This document shows, one piece after another, positions 26,201-41,200 of a stretch of DNA of 64,000 bases. The stretch comes from Torpedo marmorata. Lineage: Eukaryota. The DNA is taken from contig OZ360242.1 of the NCBI GenBank assembly GCA_977017645.1, positions 28,520,001 through 28,584,000 of the forward strand, given 5' to 3'. The notes beneath the pieces were generated by a model. That model worked only from the letters and a program-made list of their open reading frames with translations, did no database searches and had not been told where the DNA came from. The position numbers were made by a program, and so were the translations under genes. Every line of letters begins with the position of its first letter. Position 1 is the first letter of the stretch.

Positions 26201-29200
26201 ACCATCACAATTTGTTTCCCCAACAATTTAATTGTTATTCATTCACTGTGTAAGTTCAAATTTTGGAAAACGTAAAGCTTGAAATTACGACTACTCTGAT
26301 ATCTCATGCATGTTATTATCAGTGAGGTAGTTTAAGACTCACCCATATCTGTTCTCTCTATTGATAAATAGGAATTCAGTTGCATTCTTTTGATCATCTG
26401 AGTATGAGTTGCATTGGCTCAACTGATCCAAAATGGTAACATCACAGTTAGAGATAATGGATCCTGGAAGGTCACAGTTCAAGCGGCCTAAAACTGCAAC
26501 ATCGTCCCTTGTCAGTTTTCCACCAGCAATGCCCTGAAGTCACAGATTGAAGCACGAATGTCAACAGCAGAGAATTAAATTTGCAGACTATTAACCAGAA
26601 CTATTCCAGGAGTGTGACAAATACTGCAAAAGTGATTATGACCATTTGCAAGCAGAGAAAATATCAGAAGTGTATATTTGATGTGTTTTTGAATTAAGTA
26701 AGAGACCTCAATGGTTAAGGAATCTTCTAGCCAAGGACAGATGTTGTGAAGGTTTGTATTTTTACAAAATGGCACTGCAAGTAGGCCTGGGTGCTTTGTT
26801 GGTACCCCTTCTGGGTGGTCATCAATAGAAAGAGTAGAACTGTCAACGCAGTGGTATCTTACCTGCAGTGCTCTCAAGGCAAGGTACATCTGCATGATGC
26901 AGATATGTTTCTCTGTCAAGACCAGATCCAAGCAGATGTGAAACACATACATGTATCATCCACATTTTGAGCTTTGGATCCTTTTTCAAGACTGAGCTAA
27001 CGTTTTGGGTCGGAAACTTTTTTTCTCGAAAAAAGTTCTTGACCCAAAACATTGACTGACCGTTTATCTCCATGGATGTTGATTGACCTGCTGAGTCTCT
27101 TCAGCTTATTTTTGTTTGTTATGTTTTCCCAATTCATCGTAACAGACATTGTAAGATTTTGTTTCTGAAAACTGTGTCTCTCGATGAAGCTATAAAAGCT
27201 AGAAATATTGTGTCTCTCGATGAAGCTATTAAAGCTAGAAATATTGCAGGAACTTGTCCTACTACATACTTCCTTCTCAGGGAGATGGCAACTTTTTATG
27301 ACACTTTGAACTAAGTCAAAATTAACACCTAGAAACCTTGCAAAATTGCATTTTCAGAGCCAAAGTAAGGCTTCAGCAATGTCAACCCACAGTTTAACAC
27401 TCTGAATTCCTGCTTGAACTAATTTGGCACTGCACTTTGGCCGAGTGCAATATATTTTATCTTTTTTCCTGCCAATATGTTTCAGTTCCAAAAAATGTTG
27501 TCATTTAAATGACATGAAATTAACACAACTTGCATAATGGACATGAAATTTTTGGAAAAAACCCCTCGGATCTCTGCTGAAGACAAACAGAACTGTTAGA
27601 AAATGTTTTTAAAAAAAAATCAAATAAGATCACAGAAACCAGAGGGATTACTTCAAATATTTCCCAGTAAATGTTAATTTTAGGTACTTTGTGTGGTGAC
27701 AAGTTATCATCTACAACTGGTTTGCTGGCAGTTCTAAACATAAGAGTTTATATGTTTCAAGATTCCCACGTGAATGTGAAATCTAAACTTAGTGGCAGAG
27801 TTCTACCAGGCAATCTGCGTTTGCATGGCATCGCAGGATTCCCCATCAGGACCAGCAGTGGACCAGGATTCTACAAAGGTTTTCCAGCACTAATGCTGCA
27901 GAATCTGTTCTGCATCCTGTGATGATTTAAATGAGCATTGTAGGGAGAGAAGGAAGGGAAGAGTAAAGAAACTTCCCCTTCAAAAAATTATGTGATCTTA
28001 TGGTTTGAAAAATTTATAAGCATTTCTAGTCTGTTTGAAATGTTAATCTTCATCCACTGGTGCTATCTGACCTGTTCACTACATCAGCAACTTCTGTTTA
28101 TGTTCTGATTTGTGCACATTGTTCTTACCAAGCAAGTGAAGGCATTATTCAACAGCATTTGTCGCCGAGTTGATCCTTTTTGTAAGATATCAACGTTTGA
28201 CCTTCCAACTGCTTTAAAGAATTTCTTGCAGTTTGGAGATTTTCTGAAATCAGTAGTGCTGAAATAACCAGAGGTTGCCATTTTAGTGTTGATCTATTCA
28301 TGAGATAATTTTGTTTAAAGCAGCCTTTAACAACAAAGTCATAATCAATTCAGAATATGGTCAAATACTAAATTATAAAGTACTATATTTTTCCATTTAC
28401 AATACTTTTCACATGATTCAAAAGATAGAACAATTAGTAATGAGAACTATTCCTGCATGAATTAATTGATATGTTAAAATAAAAACCTGGTGCAGGAACT
28501 CAGTGGGTGAAGCAGCATCAGAAGAACCAGAATTTATTGTCATGAATATGTCATGAAATTCTTAGTTTTGCGGCGGCATTACAGTGCAAGTATTGCTATA
28601 AATTACATTTCAAATATAAATAGTGCAAGAAAATATGAGAAATTGAGGTAGTGTCTGTGGTTCATTGTCCATTCAGAAATCTGATGGCAGAGGGGAAGAA
28701 GCTGTCCTTGTGTCGCTGGGTGTTCGTCTTCAGGCCCCTGCACCATGATGTGTGTGAAGAGGGCATGGCCTAGGTGGTGGGGGGAGGGGTCCTTGAGGAT
28801 AGAGGCTTCTTTCTTAAAACACCACCTCTTGTAGATGTCCTCGATGGAGTGGTGCCCATGATGTCACTAGCCGAGTTAACAACTCTCTGGAGTTATTTCC
28901 CGTCCTGTGCATTGGCACCTCCATACCTGAGAGTGATGCAACCAGACAGAATGCTCTCCAGGGTATACCTGTCAACATTTTTGAGAGTCTTTGGTGACAT
29001 ACCAAATCTCTTCAAACTCCTCGCGAAGTACAGTATAGCCACTGGCGAGCCTTCCTCATGATTGCATCAACATGGAGGCCCCAGGACAGATTCTCAGAGA
29101 TATTGTCATCAAGGAATTTGAAGTTCTTGACCCTCTCCACTGCTGACCCCTCGATGAGGACTGGTTTGCGTTCTCCTGATTTCCTCCTAAAGTCCACAAT

Positions 29201-32200
29201 CAGCTCCTTGGTTTTGCTAACGTTGAGTGCAAGGTTGTTGTTGTGATTCCACTGCTAGCTAATCTATCTCCCTCCTACACGCTTCCTCATTGCCATCTCT
29301 GATTCTGTCGATGGCCGTGGTGTCATCGGCAAATTTGTAGATGGCATTTGAATTGTGCCTGACCATACAGTCATGGGTGTAGTGTGAGTAGAGCAGTGGG
29401 CTAAGCACACATCCTTGAGGTGCACCTGTGTTGATCGCCTGTGAGTAGACTTTGTTTCCAATTCGTACTGACTGTGGTCTTCCGATGAGGAAGTCAAGTA
29501 TCCAGTTGCAGAGGAGGGGTGCAGAGGCCCAGGGCTTGGGAGCTTGTTGTCCAGCACTGAGGGAATGATGATGTTGAAGGCTGAGCTGTATTCGATGAGA
29601 GCTGTTTTTGAGGTGATCCAGAGCTAAGTGGAGAGCCAGTGATATTGTATCTGCTGTGGAGCGATTGTGATGGTAGGCCAATTGTAGTGGGTCTGGATCT
29701 TTACTTAGGTACATGTTAATTCTGGCCATGACCAACCTCTCAAAGCATTTCATCACAGTAGATGTGAGTGCGACTGGGCGATAATCATTGAGGCAGCTCA
29801 CTTTGCTCTTCTTGGGCATCGTGATGATTGATGCCCTTTTGAAGCAGGTGGGAACCTCTGACTGCAGCAATGAGAGATTGCTCATTGGGAGCAATCAATC
29901 AGTTGGGAGAAATCATTGGGAGCAATTAATCAGTGGGACCTTCAAAGCTGAAACTCTTCATCAAGACTGAGGAAAGTTTGTACAGATGTAAAGAGGATGG
30001 GGTGGAAGGGGTGAGACTGGGGCCTCACACAGGATTGGCAAACCAAACAGAGGTGAAATACGATGGACTGGCAGAAGACTGGCACATGCCAAACAAAGGT
30101 AGAGAGACAAGAAAAAACAAACAGATCAGGTGGAGGAAGAAGAGTGGAACAGGTGATTGGAAGACAAAGGCTGTCAGTGGTGGAATCTGATGTAGAGAAA
30201 GTGAGAATGGTGGCATAATGGTGAGGGGTTCTGCCTTTATCACCTAATTAGGCAGTGAATTCCAGACCCCTACAATCTCAGGTGAAAGCTTTTTACTTAT
30301 CACCCCTCTAATCCTTCCACCATTTAGTTTAAATCTATGCTCCCTTGCTTTTAACTCTACCACCAACTAGGTCCTTTGTCACAACTCTGTTGTAGTCTTT
30401 TAATCTGATATATCCGAATTAACTCTCTCCTCAGCTACTTCTGTCAAAGGATGAAATCCCTAGCTCATCCCATCTTTCCACACTTTTCCAATCCTGATAA
30501 TATTCCCTTCAATCTCCTCTGGACCTTTTCTTTTTTAAATCTTATTTTATTTCCTGTAATAGGATGACCAGAATTGCACAGTCCTCAAGCTCTGCTCAAA
30601 GTAGTGTTTCCTTTGCTTCACATTCCAGCAGTGGCAGCCTTCATCTTCTAATCACTCACTAACACTCATCTTCAGCAACCTGACCCATTTGTTTTTATCA
30701 TCTCTCTCTCTCTCTCCCCCTTTGTCTGGCATCTGCCTGTCCTCTGCTTGTCCATCACATTTCACCTCCGCCTGGTTTGCCAATCCTATGAGGGCCCCTG
30801 TCTCACTCCTCCAACCTCATCCTCTTTACACTGCTTCTGTACTTTCCTCAGTCCTGATGAACTGAAACTGACCCTTCTTCTTCTCCCACTGATGCGGACT
30901 TCCTCCACCAGATTGTGCTTGGTTTCAGATTCCAGCATCTGCAGTCTCCTGTGTGTCTCCAAATTTTCAGGTGAACCCAGCTTTGAAGTAAAATTTTAAA
31001 AAAACTCTCTGGTAGCAGTTAATTTAATCCCATTTTGCTTTCAGTGACAAAGTTGACCAACCATTGCAATGTGTCAGACCTCAGAGAGGATCACTGTTAG
31101 ATTTTAGATACAAAATAAATGATTCAGAAAAATCCATGGATGGCAGTTTCTTTGTACATACCTGACCCTGACAAAAACATTGCAAAAACTAGTGACAGAG
31201 AAAAATCTCTAAGAAAATACACGACTCATTACAAAAACAACGTACTTGAAAAACAACAGAAGATCATCTGGATAAGTATCTATGTTTGATGGTGTTCCAT
31301 TAGAAGTTACTCGGTATGATATACAGCTTAGCTGAAAAGAGAAACAAAACACATAATAAATAACCAGCAGAAAGCCAACAGCTCCTATAAAATAAGCATG
31401 GTCTCATCAATGTGGCTAAAAACTACTTATTTAGCCACTGATGTATATGAAGGTTATGGAAGTTGCAAATGCTTAAGTTGCTCTTAATAATGGGCAGATA
31501 AGCATGGTAATTAATGACTGGACTTCAAAGTTAAGCTATTGGTTGTGAAGTCCAAGAGATGTTATGGGCATTTATGTTCTATAGATTTATACAATTCTTC
31601 ATTTCTCTTGATGTAGAAGACAAAGCCAATAGCTTTGTAAACTTTTAAAAATACTAAGATAAATATAACTAGTATTTGAGATATCTTTCTCCAATGTTAA
31701 GTGTTCTATTTTCAGTACATATTCCATTGTAGTAAAGTACTATTGATGTCCCCATGTTAGCAGTAGTGAGGAAGACACTGGAGAGTGGTTTTAAAAAATC
31801 CAACTGCAACACTGAAGAAAGGCAGGTTAAATTTCCCAACGTGATATTCTTCAGATACTAACTGTTATTGTGAATTCATCAGAAATCCTTGAAGGGCATT
31901 TAATGATCACCTGTGAACATTGTTGCTAAAAAATACAATCAAGTGCCCTCATGACATTACCATATACAATAAACCACACAACTTGGCAATGCTCATGATA
32001 ATCAAATAATATGTTCTTAAATCAAGTTTATTTCTAAAACACTGTCACTGTTCTATTTCTAATCCACGTCAACAATGTTTCCCAATGTTGACCCCACCAG
32101 AACATAAGGCATCAATCAGAGGATGCTTCATTTACATGGGTCAATTGTGCACAAGCTCCCACCCTCCCAATCCTTTTGGAAACCATCATTTGGGGACTGC

Positions 32201-35200
32201 AGTAGGGGTTGGGAGGAGGACCCAGACTCAAGACCCTCTCTTAACACAGTGATACGTGTTCTATGTCCACATATATCCCTTTGTGTGCTAGCCACCAGCG
32301 ATGCCAGTCTTTCCTGCTGACCTGGGAATAGAAGAACTCATGGGGCATTGCAACTGTCATAGTTTATATTGTTTAAGTGGACAGAAACTCTGCTTCATAC
32401 AAATTAAACGGGAGAATCAAAGACCTAGCTCTGCCATTATCCTTATGAGCTGATTTTTAGTTCCAGTCGGAATTAGAGGAATTACACCGTCAACTTTTGA
32501 AACACATCCTGCAGCATAGTTTCAATGATGGTCAATATTAGATAAGGTAATGGTACCCAGTTTATCAACAAACCAAAACTTTAAAGAAAGAAACATGTTC
32601 CATGAATGTACTATGAGTAATCAAACTTTCTAGAATGAGATACTTGTGAATGGCCTCACCTGACTTTCATCAAGCATGACTCTTTTGTCCTTCACCGCTT
32701 CAACAAGCTGAAGAAATGTTGTGTCGTTAAGGGTCACCACTACACCACAACTGGTGCCTTTCAGGACAGAGGGCGAGAATCTGAAATAAGCAATTCCGTC
32801 ATTAATGGAAATATGGATAGTTCACTTCCTTTTCATGTAGGCGTATCATTTATATGTATTTCAGACATCTAGTGAGTTTGTTTCCTCCCACATCCCAAAG
32901 ACATGCAGGCTGTTAGGTTCACTGTCCACTGCAAATTTGCCCCCAGTATGTACGTGAGCAGTAGAATCTGAGGAAATTTGATGAGAAAGCAGGGTGATAA
33001 AATGGGAACAGTGTCGGATTTGCGCAAATGAGTGCTCAATGTTTTTCAAAGATGCAGTGGGCTGAAGGGTCAATTTCAATGTTGTATGGCTCAAAGGAGG
33101 CATGAGGCAGGAGCAGGCTAAAGTAGATGTGGGAATCTATGTTAAAAAACTAAATAAGAAAGTGCTCGCTTGGAAAGAATCATTCCATAGATTATAGGAA
33201 AAGGTTTGCAATATTTCCAAAAATGCAGTAAGGCTGGGGATTGAGAAGGTTTCAGGATTCAACAAAGGATGACCAGGATGTAGATATTTAAATTTAGACA
33301 AACAGCACAGTAACAGGCCCTTTCGGCCCATGAGCCCGTGCTGCCTAATTACAATCAAATTGACCTACAATCCCGGTACATTTTTGAAGGATGGGAGGAA
33401 ACCAGAGCACCCAGAAGAAACCCATGCAGACATGGAGAGAACGTACAAACTCCCTACAGATAGTGCCGGATTCGAACCCTGGTCACTGGTGCTGTAAGAG
33501 CATTGCGCTAACCGTGCCGTGAAAAGAGAAAGTGGAATGTCAGCTTGTTTAACGAGAAGGAAAAATAAAAACAAACTCTAATGGTTTCTATGATTATGTG
33601 AGATGGGAAAAAAGTAAACTAATGCAGGTAATTACAGAAATAGTGGAAAATGTACATGTACGGGAATGTGGAACTCACACATAAAACCATAAGACCATGA
33701 GCAGAAATAGGCTATTCAGCCCATCGAGTCTGCCCCGCAATTTAATCATGAGCTGATCCATTTTCCCACTCAGCCCCACTGCCCGGCCTTCTCCCCATAA
33801 CTTTTGATGCCCTGGCTAATAACAAAGAAACATTTACTGTAAATTTGGGGAAATTAATGAGATTGAGAGCCAATATATTTTCAGGACCTAGTGACCTACA
33901 TCCTTAGGTTCAGAAAGAAGTGGTGTGGAGATAGTGCATTGGTTGTTATCTTTCAAAATTCCTCAGATTTTAGAATATTTCCTCAGATTGAAAGGGAACA
34001 AGTGTAACCAAGAAAAACACGAAAATCTGTAGACACCGTGGTTGAAGTAAAAAACACAAATGCTGGAGAAACTCAGCAAAAAAACGATTCTAGTTGAGGA
34101 AAGAGAGAGAAACCAGATACGTGCAGACCAACAATAATTAAGTTAATCAATATTTGGGATAGAACAGATTATGAGGAAACAAGAGTGTGAATGCGACTGA
34201 TGGGATTGTGCTGCTGGGATTGTGCTGCTGGGAGCTAACATTGACTCCATTCTGTGTTTTATTAAGTAAGTAATATATTAAATAGATTCCTCCAATGGCA
34301 GATCTGTCATATAGAGGGATTAAGCAGATTGGCTGAATTCAGAAAGAACATAACGTACAACATTCTTATTGGGTAAATGGAGGATGTTTATCTTGATTGA
34401 GAGGTCAACTCAAGCCAGGAATCTCAGTTTGAGAATAAGGATCATCCATTCTAGACAGAGATGATAAGAAAGTACAGATGGTAGTGAATCTTTGGAATTC
34501 TTGACCCCAGAGGGCCCTGGAGGCTCAGTCACTCAGTATTTGTAATGCAAAAGTGACAGAGCTTTGCATATTATGGAATCAAAGACTGTGGAATTAGTGC
34601 AGGAAAGTGGCGATCAGCTTATAGATCAGCCGTGATCTTATTATAGATCAGGCACAAGGAGCCAAATTGCCTATTCTTGCCTCTGCTTCTTTTGTATTAC
34701 TTTCCAGAAGCTTCCCACTTTTTTCTTCCTTTTGACACTGTAAAAATGAATCCTTCTTTCCAAATGTCTTCCCCAGTTTAGCCTGAGATTCCATGAAGTT
34801 GTAGAAACTATTCATTGAGGTCAGAATGTAAAATGGCTTTATTTACATTTATCATTATAACTTTACTAACATGCAGAGTAAGTGAAATCAGAACTTCTAT
34901 AGCCCTTAAGATAACAGAACAAACATTTTTAGATAAAACGTTTTATTCACCGCAAGATTTAGCAGTGAATCACAAAGAATTTAAAAAAAAATTTCGACAT
35001 ACAGCACGGTAACAGGCCATTTCGGCCCACGAGTCCGTACCGCCCAATTTACACCCCATTAACCTACACCCCGGTACGTTTTGGAAGGCAATGACTCTCA
35101 ACAACATCAAATCTTCAATGCATCAATTCAGAAATAATAAATTCTTCAATAATTCTGATGAAAGGCCTTTAACTCTCTCTCCAGCTATTTCCATTTTTAC

Positions 35201-38200
35201 ATTTAATCAGTGCATATTTGAGCACAATATTCCTTTTTTCTCAGGGAATGTATTACTCGACATGAAATACAGTTTTATGTAAGAACAAAAATAAATTCAG
35301 AAACAATGATGAATCAGGCAATTAAATTTTAAAAAGATATTGTATCGAAATGGACACAAGATAGCAATTACTTACGTTTTAAATTTTTTATTTTTAACCA
35401 CAATATTTTCAAAGAACACAGCAGCCTATGAAGAAAAATAAAAGAAGTTAGTAGACAGTATTGACTACTTTTAGAAAAATTCAACATTAAAATAGCAAGA
35501 TGTAATAAACAGTTGAACAAAAACTATGATGTTGGGCTAATTCTGTTATCTGTGATGAATATAAGCAATGAAAAAGTGGAAGAATTAAAAAAAATTAAAT
35601 TTAGACATACAGCATGGTAACAGACCCTTCCAGCCCACGCGTCCGTGCCCCTCAAATATACCAATTAACCTACAATCTCTGTATGTTTTTGAAAGGTGGG
35701 AGGAAACCGGAGCACCCAGAAAAAACCCACACCGATACGGGTAGAACGTATAAACTCCTTATAGACAGTGCCAGATTCAGTCGCTGGCGCTGTAATAGCA
35801 CTGCGCTAGCCGCTACGCTGACCGTGTCCCCAAATTCAGGGCTGAGATCTAACATGAATTTGAAAACACTCCCTCCTTATTGGAATTGTTGCTGGCCACT
35901 TAATCACTACAGATTCTGGAATGGGGTGGGGGGAGGGGGCAAAAAGGTAAAACTCAAGCTTGCAGCCTATTTTGCTGCCACCAATCTGCCTGCAATCCCA
36001 GCTCATTGTTTGCTCATGGGGGGGGGGGTAATAGAGTCCCCTATAGGTCTTTGAGGTGATGCTAGGTCTCACAGAGAAGTGTTACCTACCACACGCCATG
36101 CACACCTCATTTTATTTATGCTCCACTTACCCCCTAATTATAGCCTTCAAAGCTCCAAGTTGGGGAATACAGTCTTGATCACACCCAATGCCATATGCCA
36201 AAAGGGAAAAGCCTATTTGTTTGGCAGCTCAGGTCAATGGAGGTTTGATGTTATATCAAGGGGGGAGGGGGTGGGGGGATAAGCAAGCAATTTCTGTGAG
36301 TTAGGGGAAGCTTTTTAAAAAAAAAATTAAAAAAATTTAGACATACAGAACTGTAACAGGCCCTATGAGTTCGTGCCGCCCAATTTACACCCCATTAACC
36401 TACACCCCCGGTATATTTTGAAAGGTGGGAGGAAACCGGAGCCCCCGGAGAAAACCCACGCAGACACGGGGAGAACATAAAACTCCTTACAGACAGCGCG
36501 GGATTCAAACCCAGGTCCGGTCCCGATCGCTGGCGCTGTAAAGGCGTCGCGCTAACCGCTACGCCAACCGAGCCAATTGTGCAGGAAGAGGTTAGGTTGC
36601 CAGAGAAGAGCAAGGGTTTTATGTCAGAGAAGTCGTTGAAGCAAATGAAAATCTCACCAATAAAAGTCAGAGGTTGAAAAGACCAAGAAACATCTGTAAT
36701 TTTGCTCTACTCCGTTAAGTGGATTTTCAACTGCACAGCACTATTTTTCCCCGAAAGTTGTGTGGAACAATTTCTAAGCCCTGTATCCCGAAGTATTAAA
36801 TTCCTGGTACTGCACTGTTTTGAGTCATGGTTACATGATCACCTATAAATCTGACTACATGACTTAATTCCTGCCTTCCTTACATCACTGTTATGATGCG
36901 CACCACAGTTTCTGCCTCCTCACCCTCAAGAGTTTTCCACACCAACTCCAGAACATTCTGTACCCTGGCACCAGGAAGGCAACACACCATTAACCATGTT
37001 GATGGTCACAGAAACTGCTGCCTGCCCCCTGGCTATGGAACTCCCGACAAACACTGCACTTCCATGCTTTACTCCTTCCCCCGTGCAATCCTTTGCCTCA
37101 TGGTGCCATAGACTGGGGTGTGCTCTTCCAGGGAGTCCTAGTCCCATCCTTCTCATGCTCAGCACGTTTGAGAGTGGCAGAAACCCTGAATTCCCTTCAC
37201 CTCTTTTGCTCTCTTGCCCCATTTAGTCTCCTGAACTCTTCCCTGCCTCTGAAACACAACATACAGGAAACCTTCACTTTTCCATGTGGCGCCACGGTAA
37301 CTCCAAATGTCGTTGAAGCTTCTAAATCACAAATTTCAGTATGGAGGCAATTCCTATGCACATGGACATATTGCATCCTTTATTCAGATTTCAGATTTAT
37401 TGTCAGAGTACATACATGGTACATCACATACAACCCTGAGATTCCTTTTCCTGCGGGCGCGGCAGAATTACCACTAATTGGTAGTGCAAAAAATAAACTG
37501 TACACAGCGTAAACATGTAAACAAATAAAAGAACTATAAACAGATAACAAATGTAAACAAACTGACTGCAATACAGAAAAATCAAAAGAAAATCAATAAA
37601 GTGCACAAGTATACATAAACCAAATCAATTGCAAGAATCAGTCTTTTCAATAATCTAAGAAACCTTGTACTGTATTGCGTTTCTAATCCCTTATCAGACG
37701 GACATCACCACAATTGAACTATCATCATATCATCTTATCTTTCCAGGTTAGCAATGTTTAAGATCAAAAATGTCTCTTTAAATTTAATTCTTTATAGTTA
37801 AATCCCTATCCTATTTTGAAAACAAAAACACTGCTTGCTCTCCAGGCAATTGATTGATTTTCCACATTTTTGACTTTGAATCTCAAGAGTGTTTTAGAAC
37901 ATAGAACACTACAGCACAGTACAGGCCCTTCGGCCCTCGATGTTGTGCTGACCCATATATTCCTTAAAAAATACTAAACCCTCCCTACCCTGTAACCCTC
38001 TATTTTTCTTCCATCCATGTGTCTGTCTAAGAGTCTCTTAAATCCCTGGCAAAAGGCATTTCAGGCACCCACAACTCTCTGTGTAAAAAACCTACCCCTG
38101 ATGTCTCCCCTAAACTTCCCTCCCTTTACTTTGTATAGATGTCCTCTGGTGTTTTCTATTCCTACCCTGGGAAAAAGGCGCTGGCTGTCCACCCTATCTT

Positions 38201-41200
38201 TGCCTCTCATAATCTTGTTTTCCCGGCCTTGTTTTCTAGTTCTCCACCTATTCAAACTCAGTTTCTTGTTCCATGGTTTTTTATACATTGTTGGTTCATT
38301 AAACCTAGTCGCTTGTATTCGTGCTCGGTAATTCAGTTTCTCATGCACCTGCTTGTTATGCAGTACTGAGCTTTGATGGGGAATACCAAGTATAAGGAAC
38401 TCAATTATCTATCAGTGTTCCTCTGCACTTCAACCACCTAAAACAACATTGCTCATTGGCACGGAGCATTGGAACACTTGGCAGAGTCGATCTGAGAGCA
38501 CGAGGATGATTTTTATACAAAGATGAGTGGGAAAGACCTATATCTTCAAGGACTGATTTACCAGCTCCTGATGTGTAGGTGGTTGTAGGTGAAACAGAAC
38601 CTTTATTTCAATGTAATCAAAAGACTTACTGATAAATCACTAAACATGCTTAGAAGGATTAAAGATCTGCTAGTTTCCGGAAGTTCTTGTAGCTGGTGTC
38701 TGTCACGAATGACCGACTTGGTTTTAGCCCTTTGTTCCCTGATTTATCAACTTCTAGCTATCCAAATTTCCAAACTTTCTCACTTGCTTTTTCAAGCCAA
38801 AAAAAGATATTTGTCAAGATAGAGGTTGAACTCTGCCAGTGCAAGCATGTCTGAGGAGTTCCAGGTGAAGCTTGGAGAACAAAGCAATTTGTTAAAAATG
38901 TGAATATATTGCCACCTCTTAATCTGCCTCTCTCAAACTGAGTGAAACATGAAAGTTTGGAGATGTTGTGATTGTAGTAAAAATACACAGAAATGCTGGA
39001 GGATTTCAGCCAGTCTCGCAGCATCCATAGGAGGTAAAGATATATAACCAATGTTTCGGACCTTAGCCTTTCTTCAAGGTATAAGCAAAGAACAGGAAGG
39101 CATCTCTAAAATTGAGCCTTAGGTGGTACTGAGTTCAGGAAAACAAGCATGTGACCTTTTATTTAAAAAAAAATTAGATATACAGTACAGCATGGTAACA
39201 GGCCCCTCTGGTCCACACAGCCCAAAATACACCCACATGACCAATTAACCTGCTAACCCCATATGTCTCTCAACTGTCTCCCAGGAATGCCTTCTAGGAG
39301 CTGTTTTTCCAAGGTTTAGTTCCTTCATCAGCCATGGAACAGAGATTTAGATTCAGCAGTTCTCCGGCTCCAGTACCATAAAAACCTTATTCATTGAGTT
39401 CTTAATTCTTAAGTGAGTTTCAAAAGGCATACTAATTTCTGTAATTTTCATTTTTTTTGCAATTGAATTTTTCCTAATTTCACAGTCCAATTGTTTGTGA
39501 ACAAACTTTTCGGAAGTTCATGGGGTCATATTTCCAAATGACAGAAGCAGGCCATTCAACCCATCAAGTCGATGATGGCTCTCAGAGAAAACCCATCAGT
39601 CTTATTCCTCCACTGACATTCCCTGGAAACAAGCTCCCCATACACCTATTGACTCGTTCCTGATTCTGCCACTCTTCTTCATACCAGGGGCAGTTACAGA
39701 TGCCAATCAACCCACTAACCCGTCTGCCTTAGGGATGTGGGTGGAAACCCACATTGTCACAGGTAGAATATGCAGAATTCCACACAAAGAGCATCAGTGG
39801 CCAGGATTGAACCTGAATCATTGAAGTTAAGGCAGCACTTACACTATCTGCATCACTGTGCCGTCCAGTTGTGGCTTTACGCCCCACTCTGGAGAATGGT
39901 TTAAAAATCAACACTGAGGTGCTATGTTTTTAGATGAGATGTTAAATTGTGCTCCTCCGCACCAATCTTATGACAAAAACTGCGGGAGAGTTACCCTGGT
40001 GCGTCAACTAGTATTTACAGTGCCCTCCATAATGTTTGGGACAAAGAGACTTTTTTCCTTTATTTGCTCCTGTGCTCCAGTTTTAAATTTGTAATCAAAC
40101 AATTCACATGTGATTATAGTGCACATTCCAGATTTAATTAAAGGGTATTTGTGTACATTTTGGTTTGACCATGTAGAAATTACAGCACATTTATACATAG
40201 TCCCCTCATTTCAGGGCACCATAATATTTGGGACATTGCAATGGTACTGTATGTATATTAAAGTAGTCATGTTTAGTACTTTGTTGCAGGTCCTTTGCAT
40301 GCAATGTCTGCTAGAAGTCTGTGATTCATAGACATCACCAGGTGCTGAGTATCTTCTCTGGTGATGATCTGCCAGGCCTCTACTGCAGCCATCTTCAGCT
40401 CCTGCTTGTTTTGGGGGCTTGTCCCAAATGCTGACATTTTCTCTTCAGCATATGGAAGGCATGCTCAATTGGATTTAGATCGGGTGGCTGACTTGGACAT
40501 TCAAGAATGTTCCAGTTTTTAGCTTTGAAAAACTTCTTTGTTGCTTTAGCAATATGTTTGGGATCGTCTTGCTGTAGGATGAATCACCATCCAATGAGTT
40601 TGGAAGCATTCGCTCGAACTTGAGCAGATAACATCTATACACTTCAGAATTCATTTTGCTACTGCCATCAGCAGTTAAATCATCAATGAAGATAAGTGCG
40701 GCAGTACCTGTGGCAACCATACATGCCCAGGCCATAACACCCCCACCACCATGTTTCACAGATGATTCTTTGATTCTTGGGCAGTGGCTTTATGCCTCCA
40801 CACTTTGTTCTTGCCATCACTCTGATACAGGTTAATCTTGGTCTCATCTGTCCACAAGACCTTTTTTTCAGTATTCTGCAGGCTCTTTTAAATACTTCTT
40901 GGCAAACTGTAATCTGGCCATCCTGTTTCTGTGGCTAACTAGTGGTTTGCATCTTGCAGTGTTCATGAAGTCTTCTGTTGTCAGTAGTCATTGACACATC
41001 AACACCTGCCTCCTGAAGAGTGTTTCTGATCTGTCAGACGGGCGTTTGGGGATTTTTCTTCATTATGATTAGAATTCTTCTGTCATCAATAGACAATAGA
41101 CAATAGGAGCTGGAGTAGGCCCTTCAGCCCGTCGAGCCAGCACCGCCATTTTACAGATCATGGCTGATCACTACTATCAGTACCCCTTACCAGCCTTATC

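Noticed and set aside
36480-36574. tRNA-like A/B boxes
   Set aside because: This is the head of a multi-copy V-SINE, not a tRNA gene; no complete cloverleaf is evident.
2555-39270. All young V-SINE copies lie on the gene's sense strand
   Set aside because: There are only about six copies and older copies occur in both orientations, so chance cannot be excluded.
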